Shown piece by piece: positions 40,001 through 54,946 of a DNA stretch of 64,000 nt; within the stretch, counting starts at the first letter, position 1; each line of letters begins with the position of its first letter. This stretch comes from Felis catus (taxonomy: Eukaryota). Made by a program: the position numbers and the translations under genes. A model generated the notes under the pieces. It was not told the DNA's origin, ran no database searches, and saw only the letters and a program-made list of their open reading frames with translations. Location: contig NC_058368.1 of the NCBI RefSeq assembly GCF_018350175.1, positions 185,940,001 through 186,004,000 of the forward strand. The letters run 5' to 3'.

Positions 40001-43000
40001 TATGCTCTAATTCCTGCCTGTTTATGATCTTGTTGTGTGATCTTGGGTAAATCCATTTTCCTTTCTGTTTTTTTTGTCTTTTTTGTAAGATAAAACTAAA
40101 TCAGTTAGATAATGAATCTTGTGGAGACCCTACATAAAATGTTAATTATTCTTTTAATATTAAATTTATTATTAGGGATGTTTAAAGCTACATATTGAAA
40201 CATATATTCAAATTTCACCAACAGGAGTTGTAAAATCTATGAAAAATGAAGAAATATTTGACGAAAAGTAAAATTAAAACTGGCTATTTCTTAGTTTGGC
40301 ATTAATTTGCTCGACAACCTTAAGCAGGTTTCTTAACTTGTCTGGTCTCAGCTTCAGCACATGGAAAAATAGGGATAATAGTCATCCGTACCTACTAGAA
40401 TTCTAGTGAAGTTTAAGGGGAATGATTGCTGTAGAGTGTTTGGAACAGGGACTGAGGCATCCTAGGTCTTAATAAATGTTACTGACCTTTATTACCGTTA
40501 TTTTTTTTCCTTTTCCTAATCTTTTCACTGAACTGAGAGGGTCTTATGACCTTGAAAAACTAGTTTAGATCAGAGCTGTTGGTTTTGATTTGTATCTACA
40601 ATAAACATTCAATTTTCTCCACCATCAGGAAGTCAAATCTTAGTCCCATTCCTTCCTTCTCTGATTTTAAATGTAAGAATTCTATAGCTGTACATCTGAC
40701 AGAACCTCTTTTCTTGCACTGTAATGGCCTTGGAGTCAAAGACAAGAGAGCAGAACAATCTATCGTCTTCCTTCCCCTGAAAAGACTCCATTGCAGACAT
40801 AACAACTTAAGAAGCCACAGTGTAGCCAGGATATAAGAATGCCCCTAGTAGGGGTCAGCAGGCCTTGTACTCAATACCTGACACTATCTACTCAAGACTC
40901 CACCCCAGGGCTGATGAGATGACATGTGTCCTCTACTCAACTATGAGACAGAGTCATCTCCTTTTATCCACCAAAAAGCCCTTGTTGTGACTTGATTAAT
41001 AAAAGAAAGTAATATAAAGAGTTGAGAAAAGCATGCAACCACATCCATTTTCTGATTATACTGAGATTCACATCTCAAGGCTTTTTGCTTTGTATGTCAG
41101 AGAATGAATTCTAGCATCGACCTGTTTGCCACATGGAATGTTGTGTCTCTTTCACTTTATGAAGGATAGTCTAGATTAGGGGGTTGATGCTCAGCATTCT
41201 TTGTCCACAGGGAAGATAAAGAATTGTGTTTTTGAACAAAATGGGCTTCTGGGAGCAAATGTTCTAGGAGAGAAATTATGTGAACCAATGTATGTAGGTA
41301 TCTGCCTCATATTTGGCTTCTGCTATTGCAGGATTGATATAAGAGATTATTAAAGGCCCTCCAAGTCTTTTCTTTTCTTTTTTTTTTTTTTTTTGAGTTG
41401 GCACTTGTTTTATTTTCACAGATGGTATTCCATGTCTAATTAGCATCAAGAACAATGGTGTAATGCTCTGCTCACCAAAAACTGAAAGTGTCTTTGGCCT
41501 CATTATATAGAGGGTTTTCAGTACTTTCATTGCTGAATTAGAATTTGGATTTGATCCTAGGGTGTCAAAGCTGAAAGAGAATTTAGAGATCAGGCCAGTT
41601 CCTTCATTTTCCAGATGAGAAAGTAAACCTCTGAGGAATACCAGAGCTTGCCAAAGGTCACAACATAGAACTTTCACCAGAAGCTAGGTCTCTCAATTTA
41701 CCTCCAAGAGCTTTCTTATTTTCATTAATACTGTCATTTGAATAACTAAATTGTGAGTTGTAAAATTGAAGTATGGTTTTATGCATTAAACATTTAATTA
41801 GATGTCCTCTCTCCTTTCCCATGCTTGAGTTCCTAAATAAACTTCAGAGTTAACCAATTCTTTCTGTGGAGTAACCATTTTTATGGTTTTCAAATAAGAA
41901 GGAAAAAATATTAATTGTAGAGAGCTGTTATTTGCCAAGAACTATTGTTCTCTCAGCATTGAGGCAAGAACTTCTTGTCAGCTGATCCCGAGAGATCTCT
42001 CAAGGAGGATTTGATGTTGACATTCATAAAATTGTAGCCTACTTGGAATCTGGTATTTAAATAATGGCAAATTGAAGTCCCTTGCTTCCCTTCTATAACC
42101 TTCTTGGAAGGAAGAAAAAAATACCACTCTTTGTTTTCAGTCAGTTTCTAAAGGATGTGTGATTTGTAGAACTTATTAACACTAATCTATAGCTCCTTTG
42201 GCCCAACCAATTATTTGACAACATATTGGATTTGATGGCACGAAGAAGTAATTGGAACAATTCACAAAACCTAGTTTTCAAGCTATAGGATATTAAAGAA
42301 TTGAAAATAGCTGCTTTAAATTAAATATTACTATATTTAATCTTTATATTGGTAGGGAAGAAACTCCTGGCCATGTTTTAAGACTTCCGTTCTGCAAAAA
42401 GAGAAGATCTCTCTCTCTTTTCTTGTTTGCCATGTATGTTTTGGTGAACAATCTGCAATCTGCCACAATGTCAAATTCACCAAGCTTACATGCAGCTCAT
42501 CTTGTTTTTAAGCTATAAGATTTTAATTTCATTAGTAATTAATGGTACACTACAATGTGTACCTCAAATAAACTGAATTATGGAAGACAGACTCTTATAG
42601 TAGTCATACAATGAAGAGAGAGGGAATAGGAACCAGCCTGCTGGAATAAGACATCTGTATTACACATCAACATCAATGGCAAATATTTCTCCAATTCTTC
42701 TTAAGAGATAAATACCAGGCAAGTTAGAAGCGGAAAAGTTTTGTTAAACAAAAACAACAACGCCTATAGGCACAGAAAAAACTTAGACCCTCAAAAAACA
42801 GATAAAAATTGGCCAAGTAAAACAAATAAGAAAAACTGGTTAAACTTCTCAGGCATACTACATTTTATCAAATATATTATACCAAGGCATTTTAGCAAAA
42901 TAAAGTATTAAACTATACTTAGTAGACATATACATCTATTTTCATAACTATTTCATTACAGATTGATTGACTTTAATGTACTTGAATAAAGAATTATCTG

Positions 43001-46000
43001 AGATCAGTGCTGACTAAACATAAAGTAAGGAAGGCAGACATCCCCAGCCATTCTTTGCATGAACATGAATTCTACCATTTAATGCAGACTCAAGGCCAAA
43101 AATTATTGGGGTAGGTTTTACTTCCAGTATAGATTCTTTTCATGTAAGATCATAAAAATACAACACAAGGCGATGTGCCCAATTTAGAAATTACGTGAGG
43201 CAGCCACTATTAACACAGTTCCCAATAAGGGACAAGAAAAGCTAAATCTGATATACCAGGGCTCATCATGGGAGCAGAATAATCAAGTACAAGGAACTAG
43301 AACAGTCTGAAAATAGGAAACATCATGCCCTAACAGTCATTCAATCAAGGTTGATTTGATTGTTTTGATGACTAAAATAATCCATGTGAGAAATCCAAAA
43401 TGAGTGTGAAGAATTCAGTGTCCTGTACACACATACACACACAGTGCTCAAAGCTTAGTTAGAACCATCTCTACAAAAGCTGATGAAAACATTGCTTGAA
43501 ATGAAACATAGGGGCAGATGTGTTTTCAAAAAACAATGGTTACTTTTAAAGGAACTGTTGACATTTAACTTTCAAATCTGAAATTAAAAATGAAGTAGAA
43601 CCTGGTGCAGGATATGTCTGAAGTGAATTAGAGCCTTGATTTCCCAGTGGCATAACTGAGACAGTGTTTGAATTTAAAAACCGTTCCATATTTTATGAGC
43701 ACCCTAAAATTTTGATATAGAATAGCAATCCTAAAATGACTTTGGCCAAAATGAACTACCAAAGACCTGCACTGAGAGAGACCCCAGTTGCCAGGAGTGG
43801 ATATGCAGATGGGAGGGGGGCTCACTAACTGCCCAAAGACCCCTACTGCCCTTTGACCTCACTATGCAATGAACCTAGAACATTTTTAGTAGGGAAGTCT
43901 TTTATAAAAGGCTTTTAATTATTGGGCAATACTGAGACAAAGTGAAAACTTTTTGAGGACTACATTTTTACCATATTTTAGGCATTTTAGGGCTATTCTT
44001 TTACTTATTTTTGGCTGTTACCAAATTGAAATCTCTGAAAGAAAAGAACAGCTTACCACAGGGTTCAAAGGGTATCCTTCTTCTATAGCTCATCTTTGGA
44101 GAAAGACATAAAAAATGTGGTGACATAAACATTCCCTGCAACTCCTCATGGCTCCTCTATAGAGTTTGACCATTGTTCTTGTTAAGAAAAGACACTGATA
44201 AAGAATAGAATACAGACAGATTCTCTTTGTTCCTAGTTCTAGAGTAATTCCTTTAAACAACTATTGCTTTAGAGTTAAGTGAAAGATGTACTAATAGAAA
44301 AAGAGAATGCATGTAGCTTAGACTTTAGAATTAGAAGACATCTCAAGGATCATCTAATCCAGCTGTAAGTGAAGCTCAGGGTTAAAATGACACATGCAGG
44401 ACCACACAATTAGTTAGCATCAGATCTAAAATATGGAATTCCAGGAGGCTGATTCTCAATTTCCATGCTGAATTTCCATTAAAAGTGTTGCACATATTTT
44501 TTGCTGCATGCACTGACAAAATAACACAATAACCAAAACTACAGAAATATGCAATTCTAGATATCAACTTGTTCAATAGCTGCATCTTAGAAATGAAGAG
44601 AGGGAAGCCCTCACTCCTCAACCTTCCTCCCAGAGAACTGGAAGCTATCAGTGATCCTCTGTCATAGGTTACTATGTGTAATGTGGCATAAGAGGGAGAG
44701 GAGAGAAGAGAAAGGAACTTGGCATTGGAGAAAATTGATTATCTGCCTGCTGAGAGCTGAGCTTGGAGCAACAGCATTTTGCAAGTACTTAGGTTTCCTC
44801 ACTACATGTCACAGGAAGGGAAACCGGTGCAGTTTCTAGCATTGTTCCTTGAAGAGCTGTGGCATGCCGTTATATAAAACAAACCCAGACAAGGGAAAGG
44901 ATGCCAACAGTCTCTCCACACTTAGTCAACTGTCCTCCAGGGAGGGACTGACTGTCTCTCTGCCTGCAGAAGTAAAATAATGCCACTTGCAGAATGTAGG
45001 TTGAATGACCAAGATGAAAATCTGAGCTGAAGTCAATTCACCTCCTCACCTGTATCTCAGCCAGGGAAGAGAACTCGGGATAGCTAAGCAGGAGAGATAA
45101 CATGGCTTGGCATGTAGCCATGTTCTCTAATCCCCAGGAAAGGAAGAGCATTCAGAAGGTTGGACCAGTAGTTACAAGAAAACATGGTTTTCCCTTTTTT
45201 TGGTTAATTCTGAGGATCTAAGAAAAAACATGATAAAGGCTGAAATTGTATATTATGTTTTCCATTTCTCTGGTCTTTTCCTCCTGATGCTCTCTGTCCT
45301 GTGTGGCCAAAGATCTCCTTTCTGCCCCCTGCCCTACTTCATACAGGGCCTTGTCTGACCTGCTTGCCTTCAGCAACCTCTACATTCTAGTCAAGTTTAT
45401 GCAATGAAAACAGTGTGGGCTTTGAGATCAACTCTGGATATACACCTTAACTCTAGTTCTTAATAGATATACAACTTAAGGTAAGTTACTTAACTCCATG
45501 GAACACGTTTCTTCACATCTACACTCAACTCTTTTCTGTGTCACATGCCCTCCCTTTTGACTTATCTGGTAGAAAGGAAGACAATATGATAGACCAGGGG
45601 TCTAAATGATTATCTTTCCTAGCAGCATTGCATTTTATAGGGGATTCCTGTAGACACAATGCTTCAACTCAGTCGACAGGATTTTCAAAATCGGGATCTC
45701 TGGGATTCATGAGTCCAGCCTCATATCCAGAGCCACTGAAACTAAACTGAGAAGGCTGACAGCCTAAACCACCATAAAGTCAAACCTTAGTACTGCTCAC
45801 ATCTGGAGATATGAGCTTCCAGTGATGGTTGGATTACATGATGAATAAGAATAGTCCCAATTCTAATATCTTCTACAAATCTTAGATTTAGTTGTAAATC
45901 CTAAACAGATTACATAGATGATTAGAGAGAAAAGACAAACTAAAACATTCTAATATGAATCTAGAATAATCTTAATTTTTTTGAGCACAGTTTTAATTTT

Positions 46001-47435
46001 GAAGGAAAATCCATTTACTCCAAATATCTAAGGTGCATGCAATAGTGAAGATTTTCCTGTGAAGAAAAATGACATTTTTGTTCAAAACACACTCTTTGTC
46101 AGTGTGTGGAGATTTGATAACTTTGCTAAAAACAATCCTTAACATGAATCATGGAGCTTCAGGCAATCATGGTCTCTTAAATTTCTATTACTTATATGTT
46201 TGTACTTACTTGGTTTCCTCTCTTATCATCTCTTAATAGTGCCACTGTTGAATTCTAATAATGATAGGTTTGCAGAGGTAATGATGCCTGGGAATTACCT
46301 CTGAAATTTTGGAATTGTAAGTTTTAAAAAGTTAAGGAATATTTATTACTATTGGAAATTAAATATATTTATAGTAACCAATGTTTATTGATCATCTACT
46401 ATAAGCCACTCCTAGTGGGAGGAACTGAAAATACACGGGTGAATGAGAACTTCTCAGTTCACAAAGTGCCACTCATGTATAATGAGAAGTAAACAGGTAA
46501 TCCATAACACTGTTACAAGTGCCACAAAAGAAGAGAATGAAGGAAGAGAGGTGCAAACATTGTCAGCGGTTGCTTCATCTCAGCTGAATCATGAAGGACA
46601 GAAAGAGTTGTCAGGTGAAGAATCCAAGAAAATGCTATGTAGAAGAAAACAGCAAGTGCAAATTCCCTGAGGCATGTGAGAGCCTGAAATATTTGGGAAA
46701 CTACAAACAGTTCTGTGGGTATCAGGTAGAGAGTCAGGAATGAGTGAAGAAGGCAGAGAGAGAATGTTTGGAGAAGCAGATATTGAGGCTTACATATATT
46801 ATGCTAAGGAATTTGGAATTCGACCTGAGAGCAATGCCCAGCATTCCCTAGGCCTTCTGCCACATTATCATGGTGAATAGGGAAACCTCATGATAACGTT
46901 TGCCTTCTTCTAAAGTTTCAACTCTATTTAAAGCTTTCAGGTAGAGTCTCACACTTGGTATAAGCTCATTCACCCACAACTGAGGTCAAGAGTGAATCCA
47001 CATAGTAGTGTAAGACTGTGATTTCTCTAGCCTTTTCCAATTGTCACGGATCAGTTGGGGAGAGGTCTGGATCACATACTGGCATAAACATATGATTTTC
47101 CAGAATGCCTTTCCTCATCTGTAAGGTTGAAGGAGGAGACACAGATAACTTCTCCCTAGCCATACCCTCAACAACAATCCCAGCAGTAGCCACCTTGAGT
47201 GTTCCATATCTAATCAATATGCTCAGATCATTTCCCACTTATTAAAGATTTTTAACTCTTGGCTCACTATCGCACTCTCTGACATCCTTTATGTAAATTC
47301 TGAGTTGTCAAAGATCACTGCATGATCTTTATAAAACTCTTTGAGTTCCTTAAATTCCTCTAGTCTGCTGATATAATGACAGTGACCTCAGTGCCACTTT
47401 ATTCACCCACTTGTGTGGCACTGCAACACCACTTT

Positions 47436-47644
47436 ATTTTTTTTTTAATTTTTTTAATGTTTATTTTTGAGAGAAAGAGAGAGAGAGCAGAGAAAGGACA
47501 GAGAGGGAGACACAGAATCTGAAGCAGGCTCCAGGCTCTGAGCTGTTAGCACAGAACCCAATGTGGGGTTCAAACCCACGAACTGTGAGATCATGACCTG
47601 AGCCAAAGTCAGATGCTCAACTGACTGAGTCACTCAGGCACCCC
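47436..47644 (-). mobile_element. CAN-SINE
   Basis: TSD tgcaacaccacttt on both sides. Confidence 0.94.
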
Positions 47645-50108
47645 TGCAACACCACTTTCTAAAAATTAACTGCAACTGTTCCATAATCTCTACTTTTTGA
47701 ATCCTACTATGTGACTAAAATCTCTTGTTTCTAGTTAACTTTCTCTGGTACTCTGGTCTCCAAAATCTTTTGACCCAACAGGGACCTTCAATCCATAGTT
47801 TCTATAAGCTTTTTATTCTCCTTTGTCTTCTCGGTATCCTCTCCTCCCTTACTCTGTAAATTCTTTGTCTGATCATTACACCATCCCCTTATACTCGCTC
47901 AACTTTGTTGCTATTCATCACATGCATCTGTGAAAACCACCACCTTGGTTAAAGTAAAATTCCTTGTACTAGATGCCTATTTCTAGTCTCGTTGATCTTC
48001 TTGATGTTCCTGAGACAACCCAAGAATCCTTTTGCCTTAGGAACTTCACAGTAATTAACAAGTAGTATCTAGAAATCTGAGAATCTTAACTCCAAAATGC
48101 TGTATAGGACCCCAATAAACCTTATATATCAGACCTTAAAGTATAACTACTATGTTACAATGAGGCCTTTTTAGTGCCCATGTTACCCACAACCTTGGTT
48201 GGAAATGGTTTGGTCAGTAGAACCCAGATGCCTATTATTTTACTCTCCTAACAAAATTTAAAATTATTCATAAAAACAAAAATTAATGCTAGAAAGGATA
48301 CATGATGAAATAGTGAGATAATATTGAATACCCAGAGAATTTAAAAGGACTCTAGCACCAAACATAGTTGGCCCAAAGATTCAACTGGAAACAAATAAAT
48401 ATAAATTCTAGGAATTAAAACATATGTATCTAGGCCATAAATTTTTCCAGTTGTTTCTCTACCAGAAAGTGAAAATCTTAGGATATAGAATATTTATCCC
48501 AAGGCCTTTTGTTTTCAGACTTAATTATTTGAACTACTGAACACATAGAAGGTACACTTGGAAAGATACCATGATGCGACCTGAGAAACCCTGTCTGGCA
48601 TTCAGTTTTTCATATGCTTAGGTGCAAACATGTCCCTCTATTCCAAAAGGAACTGAGAACAGTGTACCTTATTTAAAGGCATTTAAAAGGCACTTAAAAA
48701 ATGCTCTTTCTGGATGACTTATGAGATCCCTTGAGCTATTTTGTATGGCAGTATTTCAGTTCTGTTTCATGGCTTTTGGAAATATTTAAGGCAAGCTAGG
48801 AATGAAGGGCTGGATCTCTAGCATTATGTGCCAAGTAGAAAATTAAGAAAGGGAGTCAATTTTATGATTTTTAGGTATAGATTTTCAATTTAGACCAAGT
48901 TGAAGGTATGCTTCATCTCCACTCCCAATGTTTTCCACCCTGTGAAAGAACTTCATTAGAATAACACTACTATCCACTCTATAGAATTTCAATCCATCCC
49001 AGGGAAGATGGAATTGTTTAGGTGAGTGATGAGCTTTAGAAGAAGCTGGACAGTCATTGCTCAGTGCCTTCCTGTTCCTCCTTCTTCTTGGCAGTGAGTG
49101 CCTAAAGGACATACCTGTTTCACTCGTTATCCAGGTATGGGTAATCTTAGTTCTTCTGGATGGGTAATTCTAGTTCTGGGGTTTAGTATTGTCAAGCTCA
49201 TGCTCACATAGGTATATGTGAGATTTTTCAAAATCAAATTCTCTCCCTCTTTCTCTGACCTTCCACTTCATGCACTCTCTTTCTCAAAATAAATAAACTT
49301 TAAACAAACAAACAAACAAGATCAGCTTTGCCAGTAATGAAGAAAACACTTTGGTTGCTTTCCGTTTACTTGTTTACTTTTTCAATTGTTTTAGAACAGG
49401 AGAGGCAAAAATGTCATGTTATTAATTGGATTCCTTAAACACTCAACATTCACAATTGTTTGAATAAGCTTGGTCCTTCCTACATCTGAGCTCTTATCCT
49501 TGGTTAAATGCCTCTCCTCACTCCTCAGCCTAACAAAATCTCACATTAAAACCCAATTCAAGCATGCAATCTTCTAGGGAGCCTGCTCTGGTTTATTTTG
49601 CATCTCTAAGCCTATACTGAGCATTGCTTTAACTCTAATTTACTGTCCTAATCTTGACTTGTTGCTTACTGCCCTGTTTTGATATGTGAACATAAGGGAT
49701 TGACTTTCCTCATAGATTTTGTGCTGATTTATAATTTAAAGATGGTGCCCCTATAGTGGGAGTTATTTTAAATGTTTTACACACAAATGAAAGTGTTAAC
49801 ACAATGATTATTTAAGTACATTCTTTGGAGTCAGAAGGGCCTGTTTTCAAGTCTTGGCTTTGCCACATACTAAGTGACACAAGACAAGCTTCTTAACTTC
49901 TCCAAATCTCAGTTTGTCATCTGCAGAATACTAATAATTCAGTTCCTCATAATTACTTTTTCTCAAATATCTAATGATTATCATGTTTAATATGTTCTAA
50001 AGTGCTTTAATTAATATTAAATGTTAATATTGGTGGTTTCTTGGCTGTATCAGGATCTACTTATCTTACAGGTATTGCAAAATAACATAGATTTTAAAAG
50101 GTGTCTTA

Positions 50109-50325
50109 GGGGCGCCTGGGTGGCTCAGTCGGTTAAGCGGCCAACTTCGGCTCAGGTCATGATCTCCCGGTCTGTGAATTCAAGCCCTGCATCGGGCTGT
50201 GTGCTGATAGCTCTGAGCCTGGAACCTGTTTCAGATTCTGTGTCTCCCTCTCTCTGACCCTCCCCCATTCATGCTCTGTCTCTCTCTGTCTCAAAAATAA
50301 ATGTTAAAAAAAATTTAAAAAATAC
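50109..50325 (+). mobile_element. CAN-SINE
   Basis: TSD aag(g/a)tgtctta. Confidence 0.93.
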
Positions 50326-50999
50326 AAGATGTCTTAATTTTAGAGATACTAAGATATAAAATGAATGTGCACTGTAGAATCAGAGAGTAAGTTAACTTTT
50401 CAGAAAGATTTATTGAGAATATATGGCAGATTCTATGTGAGGGTATAAAACACAAACCGAGGACAATGTTCCTACCTTAATGAACACCAACAAAAATTAT
50501 AAGGGAAATGTATGAAAAATAATAAAGTTAAGGATTAAAAGCATCAAAAATTGAAGACAAATTTTTATTCAAAGGTAATTTTGACTTAACTACAATCGAC
50601 TAAAAAATCAAAAATAAACTTTTAAAGGATGTTAGTAATGGTAAGAACAAGAAAAAAATAATCGTACAGATGTCCATTTTAAACTGTAAAAAAAGAACCT
50701 ATATCACACCAAACCTCCTGATGAGACAAAAGTATAAAAATATTTTTAAAAATAAAATGGATAAAGTTTTTTGACAAGAAATGAAAGCACATAGTTTGAA
50801 GGCATCAGGTAACAAAGGAGGCATCCAGGACCTCTCTCAAAATTCTAGAAAAAAGAAAACTACAGTCACTTATATTTGTTGATTCAGCACTTTCATGTTG
50901 CTAGGACAGTAAAAAAATGGAGTTCCAGGACAGACCAGAAAGGGGAATCTGGAAAACAACCTAAGCTTTCAGTTGAGTTTCTAATTATTTTTTCTAATA

Positions 51000-51460
51000 T
51001 AGAGAAATAATAGTGATTTTTCTGTTGGCATTTGATTTAGTGATTTTACTGAGTTTTTATTCCAGAGCGAATCTTTCAATATTTCACCTCTGAATGTTTG
51101 CCTTAGTTTTTTTTTTTTTTTCTTTTTTAAATGCTGTGTATTGTATTGGGGACATTCCTTTTTATTCTTAGTTTACTAGTAATTTTTATTATTAACATTA
51201 AGTCTTCTAAATAAATGTTTTTGCATCCAGAGATAGAATCATATGTATATCCTTTTTTATTTTAGGACTGTGATAAATTTAGCATGTAATTATTGATTTT
51301 ATAATATTAAGCCAGTTCTGCATTCTAAGAATAAACTTGACTTGGCCGTGAAATAATATTCTTCTTAAATAACACTGGAGTAGATGTGTCAACACCTTCA
51401 TTACAATTTTACCTCCAAGTTCATGAGCAAGGTTGGTCTGAGTTTATTTGTATGTGTTCT
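51000..51460 (-). mobile_element. Old L1 ORF2 (RT-region) fragment, inverted relative to its neighbour
   Basis: Minus strand aactcagaccaaccttgctcatgaac and ccaagtcaagtttattcttagaatgca correspond to degenerate NYRPISLMN and QVGFIPGMQ coding DNA. Confidence 0.6.
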
Positions 51461-51679
51461 TTTTTCTTGCTCTTTTTGTTTTTGCTTTTGTTTTTCTTGT
51501 TATTATTCTTGTCCTTCCTTCTTGTTCTCCTCCTCTTCTCCCTTCTTTTCTTTCTCCTTCTTGGGCTTTTTCTATTTGTCTTATAATGCGCTTTTATGAT
51601 GTCTAATGAAAAACGTGCAGGACTTATACATGCATGCATGCACATGCACACACAGACATCCACACAAAAGGTATGATTA

Positions 51680-53285
51680 AGTAACAAATTAAGAAGATCT
51701 AAATAAAAGGAGACATATACTTTGTTCATAGAAGGTTGATACTATAAAGATGCCAGCTGTCCATAAAAGATTTATAGAATCAATACAGCATCAATTGTAA
51801 TTTCAGGTATTTTTAAAGTTGATAATATTGCTTTAAAATTTATAGAAAAACATAATGATATTTTTCTATATGGTAACCAAAAAAATCAAGCTGAGGAATT
51901 ATTAGATAATCAGATTAGGTAACAAGATGTTTACAAACTAGAGTCATTCAGACAATGTGACACTGGCACAAAGGTAGAAAACCATACTACGTTTACTCTA
52001 AGAAACATATATATGGTCACTTAACCCATTATATAATTGCCACTAACCTGCATCTGGAAAAGACAGTCTTTTAAAAAAAAATGCTGATAACATCATTGAA
52101 TATACATTTGGTTAAGTTTGTTGCTTGATTGCTACATGACACCTTACACAAAAACAATTCCAGATGGATCATGGATGTAAATATGAAAGGTCTAACAATA
52201 AAATGTAAATTCTAGAACATAGAAAAATTTCTTCTTGACATTGGGATAGGCAGAGAGATCTTCAACATGACACAAAAGGCAGTTAACCATAAGAATAAAA
52301 TTGTGTTACATTAAAGTTAAGAACTACTATTGATGAAAAAGCATCACGGAGAAATTAAATGGCAAGTCAGAGAATGGGAGAAGACATATATCTATCTGTC
52401 AAAAGCCTTGTATCCATATATTCAAGAATTCCCACAAACCAGTAAGAAAAACAAAGACAAAAAAGTTGGATAGTCTTGAGCAGACACTTTGCAAGGAGAA
52501 ATAAGCAAATGACCAATAAGCGTATTTCAGAAGCCATTAGGGAAATCAAAGTTGAATCTACAAAGTGATGCCACCATTCATCCATCAGAGTGGCTAAAAA
52601 TTAAAATTAAAACTTAAAACAGTAACTTTTCATGGAAATCCCAAGACTTGGCTAGAATGTAGAGTATCTAAAACTTATACTGAAAGTGTAAAGTGATAGA
52701 ATCACTTGGGAAACTAGCAGTTTCTACAAAAGCTGAACATCTGCTTTCTTTATGGCCCAGAAATTTCACTCTTGGTTATATATCCAAAAGTAATGCATAA
52801 ATGCACCAAAAGATATGCATATCAATGCTTATAGCAATGTTATTTATAGTAGTCAAAAGTAAAACAATCAAAATGTCCATCAGGCATAAAATAAGTTGTG
52901 GTATATTAATGAAATTGCATATTACATATCAATGAAATGATTTATTGCTGCTCACAACATGGAAGAATGTATTGAATCTAAGATACTAGATGAAAAAGTT
53001 TGCATACCGTATGATACCATTCATGTAAACATCAAACTGATAAAATGTCATGTAAATTTCAAAACCTGATAAAAAACATAGCTCAGAAAATAAAAAATCA
53101 GAATAGGGATTGAGGTAGTGGTAGGTAGGTATTACTAAGAAGGTGTATTAGGAAGGCTTCTGTGGTGTTAGTATTATTCTATATTTTTATTTGGGTGGTG
53201 AAAACATGAGTGTGTTTGTTTTATAAAAATTCATCAAGCTGAAAACATTGTTTTTAAACTTTACTCCATGTGCTTTATTCTTTAA
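51680..53285 (+). mobile_element. Old L1 (L1M-type) ORF2 3' part and 3'UTR
   Basis: gaagatctaaataaa..gagacata, acaccttacacaaaaacaattccagatggatc and ggcccagaaatttcactcttgg motifs. Highly diverged. Confidence 0.8.
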
Positions 53286-53289
53286 TAAT

Positions 53290-54257
53290 TACATTGGCCC
53301 AGAGATAGACAAGGATCAATGGAACAGAATAAAGGAGCCCAGAAACAAATTACACATATATGGTCAATTAATCTGCAACAAAGGACGGAAGAATATACCA
53401 CGTGGAAAGGATCCTCTTCAGTAAGTGGTGCAAGGACAACTGGACAGGTAGATGCAAAAGATTGAAACTGGATCCCTTTCTTATACCATACATAAAAATA
53501 AACTCAAAATGGAATAAAAACCTAAATATAAGATTTGAAACCATAAAATTCCTAAAGATAACATAGACCATAATCTCTTGGACATTAACTTTATACAAGG
53601 GAAACAAAAGGTAAAATAAACTATTGGGACTATATCAAACTAAAAAGATTTTGCATAGCAAAGGAGCCATCAACAAAACTAAAACTTACTGAATGGAAGA
53701 AGCTATTTCCAAATGATATATCCAATAAGGGGTTAATATGGAAAATATATATTTTTAAAACTCATAGAACTCAACACCAAGGAAACCCCACAAATAATCC
53801 TATTAAAAACGGGCAGGCAATATAGGCACTTTTCCAAAGATACACAGATAGTCAAGAAACACATGAAAGGATGTTCAACATCACTAATTATCAGTAAAGT
53901 ATAAATCAAAAGCACTATGAGATAATATCTCACACCAGTCAGAATGGCTAGTATCAAAAAGATAAGAAATAACAAGTGTTGGGGAGGATGTAGAGAAAAG
54001 CGAACCTCGTGCACTATTGGTGGGCATATAAATTGGTGCAGCCACTATGAAAAACAGTATGAAGTTTCTGCAGAAAACTAAAAATAGAATTACCATATGA
54101 CCCAGTAATTCCACTACTGGTATTTACCTGAAGAAAACAAAAACACTCATTTGTAAAGATACATACACCCCTAAGTTTATTGCAGCATTATTTACAATAG
54201 CCAAGATATGGAAGCAACCTAAGAGTCCATCAACAGATGAATTGATAAAGATGTGGT

Positions 54258-54288
<31 letters not shown>

Positions 54289-54946
54289 TACAGGCACACA
54301 GGCATGGTGGAATATTACTCATCCATAAGAAGAATAAAATCTTGCCATTCACAAAAACATGGATGGGCCTAGAAGGCATTATACTAAGTGAAACAAGTCA
54401 AACAAATACCATAATATTTTATTATATATGCAATATAAAAAACAAAACAGGGGCATCTGGGTGGCTCAGTTGGTTAAGTGTTCAACTCTTGACTCTTGCT
54501 CAGGTCATGATCTTACAGTTCATGAGGTCAAGCCCCGCATTGGGTTCTGTGCTGACAGCACGAAGCATATTTGGGATTCCCTCTCTCCCTCTTTCTCTAC
54601 CCCTCCTCTCTCTCTCTCTCTCTCTTTCAATAAATAAATGTTTAAAAGTGAACAAAAAACAGAAATAGACTCATAAATACAGAGAACAAACTGGTGATTG
54701 CGGGAGGATGGGCAAAACAGGTGAAGGGGATTAAGAGGCACAAACTTCTAGTTATAGAATAAATAAGCCACAGGGATGAAAAGTACAGTATACGGTGTAT
54801 AGTTAATAATATTATAATAATTTAACATGGTGATGGATGGTAACTACACTTCATATGGTGAGTATTTCATAATGTATATAATTGTCAAATCACTGTGTTG
54901 TACGCCTAAAATTAATATTTTATGTCAACTATACTTCAATAAAAAG
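53290..54946 (+). mobile_element. 5'-truncated carnivore L1 with (CA)n at 54258-54285 and nested SINE at 54450-54650
   Basis: Same 3'UTR type as 27718-29076. Ends tatgtcaactatacttcaataaaaa. Confidence 0.92.

Noticed and set aside
44500..45200. Repeat-poor, slightly GC-richer intronic stretch as a possible enhancer
   Set aside because: No diagnostic motif cluster. It cannot be supported without conservation or chromatin data.
51384..51729. Lys/Arg-rich and Phe/Leu-rich ORFs
   Set aside because: Products of a T/C-rich low-complexity tract.
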